From positions 1 through 55,333 of IMG/VR virus record IMGVR_UViG_3300031716_000012: DNA of 55,333 nt. One strand, given 5' to 3'. The translations under genes and the position numbers were made by a program. The notes under the pieces were generated by a model, which made no database searches, was not told the DNA's origin, and was given only the letters and a program-made list of their open reading frames with translations. Source of the DNA: a virus. Its lineage: Duplodnaviria; Caudoviricetes. Within the stretch, counting starts at the first letter, position 1; each line of letters starts with the position of its first letter. Shown here piece after piece: positions 19,801 through 28,648 of this stretch.

Positions 19801-22800
19801 AGGACGTCGAGGGGGCCAAGAAAACCGAGGGCATCGCTCGGAACCTGGAGTTGGGTGAACGACTCACCCGGAAGCCGTCTGCAAAGAAGGCGCTCCCCGC
19901 ACCCCCTAAAGAGGAGAAGGCACCAGAAGCCCCGGCTGCTCCCCAAGCTCTCATTCCGGAGCCGGAGAAGACCGGTCTTCCAGAGATCAGTTCTTTGGAC
20001 GAGGCGCGGGCGCAACTGAACAAGTCCACTATCGCCAACCTGCGCAAGGCTGCCGAAGATCAGGGCATTGATGTTCCGAAGAGTGCCCGCCTCAAGAAAG
20101 ATGTTGTTGAGGCAATCATCCGGGGCTTGGCTCAGAAGGAACTCGACCGGCGTGGCGGTGGCAAGCCACAGGTAAACGCTCCCGAGGCACCGAACGCTCC
20201 GCAGGGTAAACCTGAGTGGGGAACGCTCAAGTCTTTGGGCGTCAAGAACGGTGACACAGTCACCCTCTACGGTCACGACCGGCGTGGAGCCAAGACTGAG
20301 GGTGTCACCGGGAAGGTCAAGACCGAGAACGGTTGGCAAACCCTCGTCGACGAGGACGGCAAGAAGATCTTCGACATCGGCGGCGGTGCCTCCCGGTACT
20401 GGGTCAGCAAGCCGCAGACGGAAACCCCCGAGGCACCGAAGCGGATAGGCGCACCAGGTACCAAGGGCCTGCTCCAGATGACCATCCCGGAGATGCGTCG
20501 TCACGCGGAAGAGAACCAGATCCAGATCCCACGTGCCCTGAAACTGAAGAAGGAGATCACCGACTGGCTGGCTGACGCCCTGGTAGCCAAGGAGCGTGGC
20601 GAGGAGCCGATCCACGTACCCACCCAGCGTGAAATTCGGCAGGCCAACGTCCGTGCCCGTGAACGCCTTAAGGCAATGGATCGCGAAGACCGCCTCGATG
20701 CTCGCATCAAGGCACGGGAAGAGACCCGGCAGGAGGAGCGGCGCAAGGCCATCCTTCTGGAGAACCGGTGGAGCGAGGCCACCGGCAAGCCTGCGATCGT
20801 CGGGTTCAAGAGCACTCTGCGGGAGAAGGACGAATCGGAGTGGACCGCCCTGGAGCGGTTCGACATCGAAACGTCCCGGCAGGCAGGCTGGGACCGCATC
20901 CGCAAGACCGTCGATCGCGACTACATCGTCTCCGGTCATGACAAGGGCGTCCTTCAGAACAACCTGGTTGCTGACATTGCCGAGGCCCGTCGCGAATCCA
21001 CAGTGCCGGACCCGGAGTGGGACAAGCTGGAGGAGTCGGCGCACACCGGCAACATCGAGGAGATCAGAGCGATCATCTCCAACGGGGTGAACGCCAACGA
21101 GACCCGCCGCAAGATGTCTGTCCGGGATCTTGAAGACGAGATCAAGGCAGGCAAGGCCAAGCCCAGCGTGCCCACAGATCTCAACAAGGCGTCAGTTCCT
21201 CAGCTTCGGGAGATTGCCGACAGCGAAGGCATTCACGTGCCCAAGTCGCTGAAAACCAAAGACGACCTGGTTGCTCACATCGAATGGGAGCGGACCTTCA
21301 AGCGGCCCGAAACTCCGCCGGGTGTCAACGGTCGGGTGGAACTGTTCACCCTCAACCCAGCCGAATCGAAGCAGAACCCGCTCAAGCGGGAACTGGGCGC
21401 TCGCCTGGACTTCAAGAGCGGCAACAACTGGCCCGAGGCGAAGCGGAACCGGATCGCCCAGACCCTCAACGACTACATGGCTGAGGAAGGTTCGGCCTCC
21501 CCGTGGCGGCTGCGGACACCAGGACCAGAGGAGCAGGCTTTCATCCGTGACATCGACGAGGCGATGGACCAGTCCCCACTGGGACAGGATCTGGACCTGT
21601 GGCGCGGTATTCAGGACGCCTCAGCCATCTTCACCCCGGAGCAGTTGAAGGGGAGCCTGAAGGGCACTTCGTTCAACGACAAGGGCTTCGCGTCCACCTC
21701 ACCGGACCGTGCCGTCTCCGAGCGGTTCGCCGAATCCGGCCCCAGGGATGGTGTCCTTGCCCGGCTGCACGTGCCGAAGGGGACCAAGGGCATTCACCTT
21801 GCCGACGAAGATCAGGACGAAGTTCTGCTGGAGCGCGGCCTGAAGTTCGACATCACCGGGGACACAGGCCCCGGCAGCAAGCCACGCATCTTGGATGTCT
21901 CGGTGTCCAAGGCCCCGGATGACGCACCCGAAACACCGAAGGCGGTACGTCAGGCCAGCGGTAAGGCACCCACACTGCCAGGAACGCCGGAGCGGTACGC
22001 GGACATCGGTGGCCGTCTGAAGGCAGCCCAGTCCCGCGAGGAAGCCAACCAGATTCTGGCTGACGAGAAGCTGACCGTGCCCCAGTTGAAGGTTCTGGCC
22101 GACTCGCTCAACATCGCAGTGCGTGGCAACAAGGCTGCGATCCTCGCGGACCTGGTTCACTGGACTACCGGCCGTCGCCTCGACTCGGCGGCAGTGTCGC
22201 GGCCCAGTGACACGGGCAGCGAACTTCGCCGGATCACCGGGGCACGCACCCCAGGCAACTTGCAGGTGTCAACGAAGCCGATCCTGCCCAATAACTGGGG
22301 CACCGGTAGCGGGGAGATCGAATTCCACGGTGACGGTCACCTCGGCCGGGCTCTGGCCACCCTCGGCAACGAGGGTCACCTGGAGGTTCCCGGCGAAAAC
22401 GACAACGTCACTAACGTGATCGGCCGGTTGGCCACGGACGCCATGCGGGGCAAGATCACCCAGAAGGAACTGATCTCCCGCGTCCAGGCGGTGCGGGACA
22501 AGATGTCCGCCAGCGCCCCCGTTCGAGTTGCTCTGGACCGTGCCCTGAAGGACATGGACACTCCAGAGGTGAAGTTGCCGGACCTTCCGGAAGGAACTCC
22601 GACACCGATCCACAAGTTGATGAAGGACCTGTCAACGGTGCCGTTGGCCCGCAAGGACCGTATCGGTCACCCTGACAGCAACGAGTTGACCAGGCTTGCC
22701 ACGCTCATGGACGAGTGGAGCAAGGGTCGCCTGACCCCGACACGGTTCCTTGAGGAGCTTCGTCGCAACCTGCTCAACAACCGGCACGAGAGCGAGGAAG

Positions 22801-22904
22801 GAAAGTTCGAGATCGACCGGATGGTTATGGACGCCATCAAGAATCTTGAGACAATCCTGAGAACCGATCGCAAATCTCTGTACCCGCCCCACATGAGGAG
22901 TTAG
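16830..22904 (+). CDS. Giant head-associated protein with two VIP2-like ADP-ribosyltransferase domains
   Basis: HPRDSHGRF N-motif; intact ART (LWRG, GFASTS, VPKG, QDEVLL); degenerate N-terminal ART; four HeH/SAP-like repeats. Confidence 0.8.
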   Translation: MGVGSAWGSREEMLHPRDSHGRFRSSWKMAEGVVDKIMAILDRFNPKTFSSQDEANNYVRSLANKNRQTYKPDIDSFLKNYAKVNGDLRAGKPNKTVDEMRRLMQPLPDDVIVTRTGPPGIVGLDPANVGNAEELTGKLVRDKGFWAANIGGPLPHQDGNITFTMAVPKGTKALAPSTSKPNGELIFEPEQPFRITEVNPDGKGGFFVYAVAAGDSEAPEAIDIGKAVPEAGVPEAPAAAPQAPAAPGGAAPGTGDLGAPLSRKPGRPAGPAPEPRNDGHVADNVGGGGQAPGSPSAPVTQGEPAPELPPAPEAGTDARNTFREAFDKADLKVPTVGTRRKQFMDGYNGVASGKKTPQEAVNDLDNAISANKKIIETDKADGTDSGPLPEDVKRLEALRDLIAEHFNFTGRKKFKESSGETKAPSAPKAAPAPVAKAAEAPAAGSGLKAVFRDTDVGPARPEVNQISRELGLKKITTGEADARLGRLQKEHQSLQADAEDADNTAKANRHADAVDGIQQIRDALGADREGRQAKAVKAAEPKKERPRLNGRGQVIRPRAPKKEPEPEKPKAPEPEAPKKAAPERLIPGMAAGKTNAGRVKVGERILVTQNKDGTWSSSPTKSKNATAITVTGKSAATGGGRSRTIIHGEDDGGNKIDVRSAPSHQTFWVAPEKGGKKEAPAAPKKSTEEIDADIAKKERDRKAQIRREMRAEREARGETPAKAEPAKLTPEQEAKLEADRKVEAARTETIRKSLERSSEPKKAVPPPARPSIPAKELSDKGLMQRFEAEIKKDNPDEARLKELGDELDRRDLETKNRVQGLTDDDLEKKFQDEIRKDNPDEEEMRRLGDELDRRDKERADKERKIEALVAKGRDYRDAWAEVNGKDPKQLDLEERNALLDQSRRAGESRETTLRRLYQEHVHRQYLDAERETRGHLLTPEGRSKGIDPKSLFQGSNVNANRYASDELKEYWDKNPRKTFLQYKADTLGREKDVEGAKKTEGIARNLELGERLTRKPSAKKALPAPPKEEKAPEAPAAPQALIPEPEKTGLPEISSLDEARAQLNKSTIANLRKAAEDQGIDVPKSARLKKDVVEAIIRGLAQKELDRRGGGKPQVNAPEAPNAPQGKPEWGTLKSLGVKNGDTVTLYGHDRRGAKTEGVTGKVKTENGWQTLVDEDGKKIFDIGGGASRYWVSKPQTETPEAPKRIGAPGTKGLLQMTIPEMRRHAEENQIQIPRALKLKKEITDWLADALVAKERGEEPIHVPTQREIRQANVRARERLKAMDREDRLDARIKAREETRQEERRKAILLENRWSEATGKPAIVGFKSTLREKDESEWTALERFDIETSRQAGWDRIRKTVDRDYIVSGHDKGVLQNNLVADIAEARRESTVPDPEWDKLEESAHTGNIEEIRAIISNGVNANETRRKMSVRDLEDEIKAGKAKPSVPTDLNKASVPQLREIADSEGIHVPKSLKTKDDLVAHIEWERTFKRPETPPGVNGRVELFTLNPAESKQNPLKRELGARLDFKSGNNWPEAKRNRIAQTLNDYMAEEGSASPWRLRTPGPEEQAFIRDIDEAMDQSPLGQDLDLWRGIQDASAIFTPEQLKGSLKGTSFNDKGFASTSPDRAVSERFAESGPRDGVLARLHVPKGTKGIHLADEDQDEVLLERGLKFDITGDTGPGSKPRILDVSVSKAPDDAPETPKAVRQASGKAPTLPGTPERYADIGGRLKAAQSREEANQILADEKLTVPQLKVLADSLNIAVRGNKAAILADLVHWTTGRRLDSAAVSRPSDTGSELRRITGARTPGNLQVSTKPILPNNWGTGSGEIEFHGDGHLGRALATLGNEGHLEVPGENDNVTNVIGRLATDAMRGKITQKELISRVQAVRDKMSASAPVRVALDRALKDMDTPEVKLPDLPEGTPTPIHKLMKDLSTVPLARKDRIGHPDSNELTRLATLMDEWSKGRLTPTRFLEELRRNLLNNRHESEEGKFEIDRMVMDAIKNLETILRTDRKSLYPPHMRS

Positions 22905-22906
22905 CC

Positions 22907-23062
22907 ATGGGATGCGCCTGCGGCGGCAGCAACGCTGACGACATCGCGGAGTTCGAGGTTCGACTCCCCAATGGGAAGATCGTCACCGTTAAAGGAAAAG
23001 CCGCTGCCGAGATGACCGTTCAGGAGAACGGCGGCGGCTACATCGTGAAAAAGAAGTCTTAG
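22907..23062 (+). CDS. Small MGCAC-type protein preceding capsid (51 aa, absent from ORF track)
   Basis: GAGGAG RBS; MGCACGGSN...GGGYIVKKKS. Confidence 0.7.
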   Translation: MGCACGGSNADDIAEFEVRLPNGKIVTVKGKAAAEMTVQENGGGYIVKKKS

Positions 23063-23104
23063 CGCAGAAGCCCCAGAGTAGACATCTGGGGCTTTCTGCG
23101 TTTA
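23063..23104 (+). terminator. Intrinsic terminator
   Basis: cgcagaagccccaga...tctggggctttctgcg followed by TTT. Confidence 0.75.
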
Positions 23105-23114
23105 CTATCCAAGA

Positions 23115-23145
23115 TTGACAGCCAGGTCAGTGACCGTGTCACGGT
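23115..23145 (+). promoter_or_regulatory. Possible capsid promoter with palindromic operator
   Basis: TTGACA at 23115; accgtg-t-cacggt palindrome over the -10 region; -10 is non-consensus. Confidence 0.4.
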
Positions 23146-23202
23146 GGCAGAGCTAAGGGCCGCGCCGAGTAGACGACTAACTTCTCTACGAAGGTGCCTG
23201 AA

Positions 23203-24942
23203 ATGTCCTTTGAGATTCCCACCAACCTGGGCGAACTCACGGTCGGCGCGCTCAAGGCGAAGGCTGCTGCGGCCAAGGTTGAGTACGACACTCTCTACGC
23301 TTCCGTGAACGGTGACACCGTCACCGACGACGAGCTTGAGGAACTGCGTGGCCTGCACGCGTTCTTCTCCATGACGATCCCGACCGAGATCTCGTCTCGT
23401 GAGCGCCGGGCCGCCGAATTCTCCGCCATCGGCACGCAGCCGGACGGCGACGAGGGCGACGGCGACGGCGACGCTGGTGACGAGGGCGGCGAAGAGGCCC
23501 CGGTTCCGGCCGTAGTTGCCTCCACGTCCACGAAGACCACGTCCTCGGCGACTGAGGTCCACGTCACCCTGAACGACATCCTCGACCAGCGCGGTGTTCC
23601 GGTGAACACCAAGGTTGAGCGCCCGATCTACTCCACTCTGGTGGCGGCTGCGGGTGTGCCGAACCACGAGGCTGGCTCCCAGTTCACCGACATGGTGGAT
23701 GTGGCCAAGGCGTTCAACGACCGCTCCGCTGGCTTCGCCTCGATCAAGGGCGGCAGCGGCCAGGGCGAGGTTCACTACCCGGTCGCAGTCCTGCGGCGCG
23801 AGTACCCGGAGGAGTTCTCGTGCAACGGGGACGACTGGGGCGACTACGCAGTCCTGAACCACGCGATCGACGAGACCCGCCTTCCGGGTGGCTCCCTGAT
23901 CAACTCCGTGCTGCTGCGGCAGAAGGAGCTTCAGGACTCCGGCAAGCCAGACGCGCTGGTTGCGGCTGCTGGCTGGTGTGCCCCGTCCGAGACGGACTAC
24001 GACATCTGCCTCCAGATCACCACGGACGGTCTCCTGGACGCTCCCGAGGTCCAGGCACGGCGTGGTGGTATCCGCTCCAACACCGGCTTCGAGTTCGACT
24101 CGATCTTCGGTTCGGGCACCGGCTTCTTCAACCTGACTGAGGCGCAGGTCGCGTCGGGTACATCGAAGACCTGCCTGGAGATCCCGTGCCCGTCGTTCAC
24201 GGACAACCGGCTCGGCGTCACTGGTCTCTGCCTGACCGGTAACATCCTGGCGAACCGGGCGTACCCGGAGGCCACGGCCACGTTCACGCGTGGCGCTCTG
24301 GCTGCCTCCGCGCACCAGATCAACCGCGAGCAGATCTCGGCCATCGCGACCGGCTCCACTGCGGTTGACCTGACCGGTGTCCAGCCGTTCCTGTCGGACG
24401 GTTCGACCACCAGTACCCTGCTGTCGGCGGTGGAACTGGCGATCGTGGACATCAAGTACCGCCTGCGGCTGATGCGGTCGGCCACCCTTGAGGTGCTCCT
24501 GCCGTACTGGATCTTGGCGGACATGCGGGCTGACTGGATTCGTCGGACCGGCATGGACAACGACCAGCTTGCGCTGGCCGACTCCGCGATCACCTCGGCG
24601 TTCGCTACTCGTGGCGCTCGGGTTCAGTTCCTCTACGACTGGCAGGACGCGTTCGCCAACGTGTCCGCCACCGGTATGGGTGCCGACACCCCAGTCACGA
24701 TGTTCAACCGGCTGGTCCAGTTCATCGTCTACCCGGCTGGTACCTGGGTGCGCGCGGTGAACGACGTGATCACGCTGAACTCGGTGTACGACTCGACGAA
24801 GCTGGCCACCAACCAGGTCACCCACCTGTTCACTGAAACGGGCTGGGCAATGATCCGGATGTGCCCGGTCTCCCGGATCTACACGGTGCCGGTCTGCCCG
24901 AGCGGTAAGACCACCATCGCAGCGACCACCACTTGCCCGTAA
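23203..24942 (+). CDS. Major capsid (hexamer) protein with N-terminal scaffold region
   Basis: LVAAAGWCAPSETDYD, RGGI, YDWQD, YDS.KL.TN...LFTE motifs of cluster-B-type capsids. Confidence 0.9.
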   Translation: MSFEIPTNLGELTVGALKAKAAAAKVEYDTLYASVNGDTVTDDELEELRGLHAFFSMTIPTEISSRERRAAEFSAIGTQPDGDEGDGDGDAGDEGGEEAPVPAVVASTSTKTTSSATEVHVTLNDILDQRGVPVNTKVERPIYSTLVAAAGVPNHEAGSQFTDMVDVAKAFNDRSAGFASIKGGSGQGEVHYPVAVLRREYPEEFSCNGDDWGDYAVLNHAIDETRLPGGSLINSVLLRQKELQDSGKPDALVAAAGWCAPSETDYDICLQITTDGLLDAPEVQARRGGIRSNTGFEFDSIFGSGTGFFNLTEAQVASGTSKTCLEIPCPSFTDNRLGVTGLCLTGNILANRAYPEATATFTRGALAASAHQINREQISAIATGSTAVDLTGVQPFLSDGSTTSTLLSAVELAIVDIKYRLRLMRSATLEVLLPYWILADMRADWIRRTGMDNDQLALADSAITSAFATRGARVQFLYDWQDAFANVSATGMGADTPVTMFNRLVQFIVYPAGTWVRAVNDVITLNSVYDSTKLATNQVTHLFTETGWAMIRMCPVSRIYTVPVCPSGKTTIAATTTCP

Positions 24943-24952
24943 GTAAGCCATC

Positions 24953-24974
24953 GGGGGCCGGGCAACCGGCCCCC
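24953..24974 (+). terminator. GC hairpin after capsid gene
   Basis: gggggccgg-GCAA-ccggccccc. Confidence 0.65.
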
Positions 24975-25000
24975 ACCGGCCACTAACGGGAGGTGACCAA

Positions 25001-25852
25001 GTGGCCGCACTTGCGCCGCCGTACCTGGACGATACGATCCCGCCTCCGCTGCGGCCGTACGGACTGTTCGACGTTGCTGTAGGACCCCGGCCGTTTCCGG
25101 TAACGGAAGCGATGGCCGGTGGCGTCATCTACGTTCCGAACGACTGCGAAGATGACGTGTTCATGCGGATGGTGAACTGCCCTCCGATCACTGGCACGGT
25201 GTCCTTCTCGGGCATCGAGGCAGCGGTTTCGGGCGCACCGTTCGCGGTGTACACGTCCTGGCAGTGCTCCACGATCGGCTACTCGTTCGAGGAGCAGGCC
25301 GCACGGGTTCGTCTCCGCAACGAACTACGCGCCCAGACTGCTGTTGAACGTCGGCTGTGGCAGGGTCAGACCTCCGCCACGGACGGCAACATCACCGGCC
25401 TGTTCGCCAGCGCCATCAACCTTCCAGCAGCCGGTTGCGTCACTGAGGCAATCGAGATGCTGGAGCAGACACTCGCCGACAACGGCGTGTTCGGTGGCAT
25501 CATCCACGCCCGCCCCGGTATGGCGGCGCACTTCGCTGCGTCCCACCAGACCTACGAGCGTGGACGGCAGAAGCAGACCTACCTGGGCACCCCTGTGGTG
25601 TTCGGTCAGGGCTACTCCGGCATCGGCCCCACCGGGCAGGCGGTCTCCACCGAGGTGGAGTACATGTACGCGTCTGGTCGCGTGGTGGTCTGGCAGGAGC
25701 CAGACATCTGGGTGCCGCCGGTCAGCGAGGTCGTGGACAAGACCACCAACACGGTGTTCCTGGTGGCCCAGCGGATGTACGCGGTGGCTGTGGAGTGTGG
25801 TGTCTGGGCTGTCCCGGTCACACGAAATTGCCAGACAGCAGGGAGCGTGTAA
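25001..25852 (+). CDS. Major capsid pentamer protein (putative)
   Basis: Directly after hexamer; YGLF, PFAVY, GIIHA, GTPVVFGQGY, AQRMYAV. Confidence 0.7.
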   Translation: MAALAPPYLDDTIPPPLRPYGLFDVAVGPRPFPVTEAMAGGVIYVPNDCEDDVFMRMVNCPPITGTVSFSGIEAAVSGAPFAVYTSWQCSTIGYSFEEQAARVRLRNELRAQTAVERRLWQGQTSATDGNITGLFASAINLPAAGCVTEAIEMLEQTLADNGVFGGIIHARPGMAAHFAASHQTYERGRQKQTYLGTPVVFGQGYSGIGPTGQAVSTEVEYMYASGRVVVWQEPDIWVPPVSEVVDKTTNTVFLVAQRMYAVAVECGVWAVPVTRNCQTAGSV

Positions 25853-26073
25853 TGGCGGTCCTGTATCCAGGTGAGAACTTCGCCCAGGTCTACCAGCAGT
25901 TGGAGGAACTGGTGGGGGACCCCCGCCTGATCGCCACCACTACTGATGGGCCTGGGCTGGGCCTCGTCATCTCTGACGAGGTCTTCAACCTCTGGGTTGA
26001 AACCTATTCAACCGAATCGGAGAAGCCTGCTCCTAAGAAGGTCGGGCGTCCCCGTAAGACCCAGGAGTCGTAG
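25852..26073 (+). CDS. Hypothetical virion-region protein
   Basis: TAATG coupling; basic GRPRK tail. Confidence 0.65.
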   Translation: MAVLYPGENFAQVYQQLEELVGDPRLIATTTDGPGLGLVISDEVFNLWVETYSTESEKPAPKKVGRPRKTQES

Positions 26074-26075
26074 CC

Positions 26076-26783
26076 ATGACCTCTGTGTGCTTCACCCCCT
26101 TCAAGCTCCCACGGGTGCGCATCACGAAGCTGAACTCTTGTGGTCAGGCTGTGACGGGCACCTGCTCCACCGTGGTCTCGGACGGGATCATCTCCGTTGC
26201 GGCCACGAAGGAGTACGAGGACCGGCAGGAGTTCTTCGTCAAGAACGGTGACGGCCTCTTCTGTGTTCGGGAGACCAACGCACCCATCCTGAAGTGGATC
26301 AACTTGGTGCTCACGTTCTGCAACGTGGACCCGGAGTTGGTCAACCTGATGACCGCCAACTCGACGGTGGCCGACGACTCCGCTGCGGCGAAGAAGACCG
26401 GTTACAACGAGGACCAGAACGCTGCGGCCTCTTCGTACTTCGCGTTCGAGGGCTGGACCCGACTGGCCAACCAGGGGGTCTCCTGCACTGGTGGCACCGA
26501 GTATGGCTACGTGCTGTACCCGCGTGTGGTGGAGGGCACCATCGGCGACATCACCTACCAGAACGACACGGTCAGCTTCGTGGTCAACGCTCGCACCTCC
26601 AGCGGCTCACTGTGGGGGCAGGGTCCGTACTTCGTGGACCTGTCCGATAACACGGGCACGCTGGATACGCCGATCAAGTTGCTCACACCGATCCTGTCGG
26701 ACCAGCATTCTCGGATGTTCATCACCCGTGCCGCTCCGCCAACGGCAGCGTGTGGCTGCACCGCACTGTTCAGCGCCACGTAA
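26076..26783 (+). CDS. Major tail protein
   Basis: RVRITKLNSCG, FCNVDP, FEGW, WGQGPY; position. Confidence 0.8.
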   Translation: MTSVCFTPFKLPRVRITKLNSCGQAVTGTCSTVVSDGIISVAATKEYEDRQEFFVKNGDGLFCVRETNAPILKWINLVLTFCNVDPELVNLMTANSTVADDSAAAKKTGYNEDQNAAASSYFAFEGWTRLANQGVSCTGGTEYGYVLYPRVVEGTIGDITYQNDTVSFVVNARTSSGSLWGQGPYFVDLSDNTGTLDTPIKLLTPILSDQHSRMFITRAAPPTAACGCTALFSAT

Positions 26784-26828
26784 GATCACGACAACGGCCA
26801 ATAGGTTGCTTAGTGGGAGGAGGGGGTC

Positions 26829-27644
26829 GTGGTAGACGTTTTTACTACACCGGCTCCCTCTCTTCCGTGCAACTGGTCAGTCACCGGAGAGTGCTGCGAC
26901 GACATCTGGGACGCAGCAGACGTCGAACTTCAGCAGGCTGCCGCCGAGTACGGTGCTTTCGTCATCTGGGCGGCAACAGGACGCCGGTACGGTTTGTGTG
27001 AACGGACTGTCCGCCCCTGCGGTCGCCAATGCACCCAGTGCGCACAGGGCTGGTACTGGGCTGACGGGTTCTTCATCCCGTACATCTTCAACGGGGAGTG
27101 GCGCAACTGCTGGTGCGGCACCGGTTCGCTGGGCTGCTGCACCTGCGCCCCCGAATGCCAGGTGTGGCTTCCAGGCCCGGTCGCCTCTATCCCGGTCACC
27201 GGGGTCAGCGTGGACGGGGTTGTTATCGACTCTGACTCGTGGCGGGTCGACGACGGGCACTGGCTGGTTCGTACCGATGGGGACTGCTGGCCGGACTGCC
27301 AGAACTTCAGCATCGACAACGGCGGCGAGAACACGTTCCAGGTGACCTACTTCAAGGGCCTGGCGGTGCCGTCGATCCTGGAGCGGGCAGCGGGACAGTT
27401 GGCCTGCGAATGGATCAAGTCGTGCCAGGGGCTGCCCTGCAAGCTTCCGCAGCGGGTCCAGTCGATCGTCCGTCAGGGCGTCACGATCTCCATGGTTGAC
27501 GTGGACACGGTCCTCGGTAAAGGCTGGACCGGCATCACCGAGGTGGACCAGGTGATCGCGATGTTCAATCCGTACGGACTCAAGTCGAAGATGAAGATCG
27601 CTTCGCCAGATGATCCGGTGGCTCGCATCGTCACTCAGGCGTAG
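26829..27644 (+). CDS. Head-to-tail adaptor
   Basis: ATGRRYG.C..TVRPC, RQGVT, TGITEVD..NP; Cys-rich. Confidence 0.75.
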   Translation: MVDVFTTPAPSLPCNWSVTGECCDDIWDAADVELQQAAAEYGAFVIWAATGRRYGLCERTVRPCGRQCTQCAQGWYWADGFFIPYIFNGEWRNCWCGTGSLGCCTCAPECQVWLPGPVASIPVTGVSVDGVVIDSDSWRVDDGHWLVRTDGDCWPDCQNFSIDNGGENTFQVTYFKGLAVPSILERAAGQLACEWIKSCQGLPCKLPQRVQSIVRQGVTISMVDVDTVLGKGWTGITEVDQVIAMFNPYGLKSKMKIASPDDPVARIVTQA

Positions 27645-27646
27645 CC

Positions 27647-28210
27647 ATGGCTGACATTCAGGTCAACACCCTCCTTGACTGGGCCATGCTGTGCCTCACC
27701 ACGGCGGTGACCGGTAACCCGAACCCGCCAGAGAACTTCTGCCGCCGCCTGGACTTGCAGGTGGCTCACGACGCCGACTGGTACACCGACCTGTGCTGCG
27801 AGGGTCTCGCGTACGTGTCGTTCGGGGACGTGTTCCCGTCGTGGACAGGCTTCCCGGAGCCGGATGTGGTGAACCAGTCCAACTACGGTGCCTGCTCACC
27901 ACCTGCGTGGGCGGTGCAGATCCGGATGGGGCTCATCCGCTGCATCCCGGTGCAGCACCACAACGCGATGCCGAACTGCGCCGACTGGACCGCCGCCTCG
28001 ATCCAGCAAACCCACGACTCGCAGGCGATGCGTGCCGCTTCCTGCTGCCTGCGACAGCGGATCGTAGCGGACTCCGATACCCCAGGGATCTTCTGGGGCA
28101 TGTCAGCGGTTATCGGGACACAAAGCCAGATCCAGCTTCAGGGCGGCTGCGTGGAGCGGAATGTGACCATCAACGTGCAGATCCCGAACTGCGACTGTTT
28201 TACCATTTAG
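27647..28210 (+). CDS. Tail terminator/neck protein (putative)
   Basis: Position; G.IRC and QGGC motifs. Confidence 0.55.
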   Translation: MADIQVNTLLDWAMLCLTTAVTGNPNPPENFCRRLDLQVAHDADWYTDLCCEGLAYVSFGDVFPSWTGFPEPDVVNQSNYGACSPPAWAVQIRMGLIRCIPVQHHNAMPNCADWTAASIQQTHDSQAMRAASCCLRQRIVADSDTPGIFWGMSAVIGTQSQIQLQGGCVERNVTINVQIPNCDCFTI

Positions 28211-28212
28211 TC

Positions 28213-28647
28213 ATGGCTGACCGCGTCGAGGTCCGGTTGAACAAGCTGGACATCCGCAACTTCTCCGTGCGCGCAGCCAGCAAACGGGTCGACTCTGTTC
28301 TCAAGGAGATCGAGGTTCTGGCGAAGCTGGAGGCTCGTGGCCCGTACTCCACTGGCCGCACCGCCAACTCGATTAACCGGAGGTTGTGGGTTACCGGCAG
28401 CACGGTGCGTGGTGAAGTTCGGGCGGGTACTTGGTACGCCCACATCGCCCACGGCGGGGCAGCGCCACACATCATTACCCCCAGGGGGCATGGTTATCCG
28501 CTACGGTTCTTTTGGCGGAAGGTCGGCCATGAGGTGAAATTTATGTACGTGTCTCACCCTGGCTATCCGGGCAAGCACTTCCTGAGTGGGCCTGCCCGGA
28601 TCGTTGGCCGCCGCCACAGGTTCACCACGATCATTTACGAGGAGTGA
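28213..28647 (+). CDS. HK97 gp10-like neck protein
   Basis: TGRTANSI, YAHIAHGG..PH.I.P, VSHPG..GKHFL. Confidence 0.7.
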   Translation: MADRVEVRLNKLDIRNFSVRAASKRVDSVLKEIEVLAKLEARGPYSTGRTANSINRRLWVTGSTVRGEVRAGTWYAHIAHGGAAPHIITPRGHGYPLRFFWRKVGHEVKFMYVSHPGYPGKHFLSGPARIVGRRHRFTTIIYEE

Positions 28648-28648
28648 C

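Noticed and set aside
22955-22975. GGTTCGACTCCC T-loop-like string
   Set aside because: Lies inside the small MGCAC ORF with no T stem or acceptor pairing.
23059-25128. Long antisense ORFs (689 aa here; also 16758-18044, 18311-19420, 19566-21044, 39767-40807)
   Set aside because: Shadow frames of GC-rich genes with clear motifs on the opposite strand; no motifs of their own.
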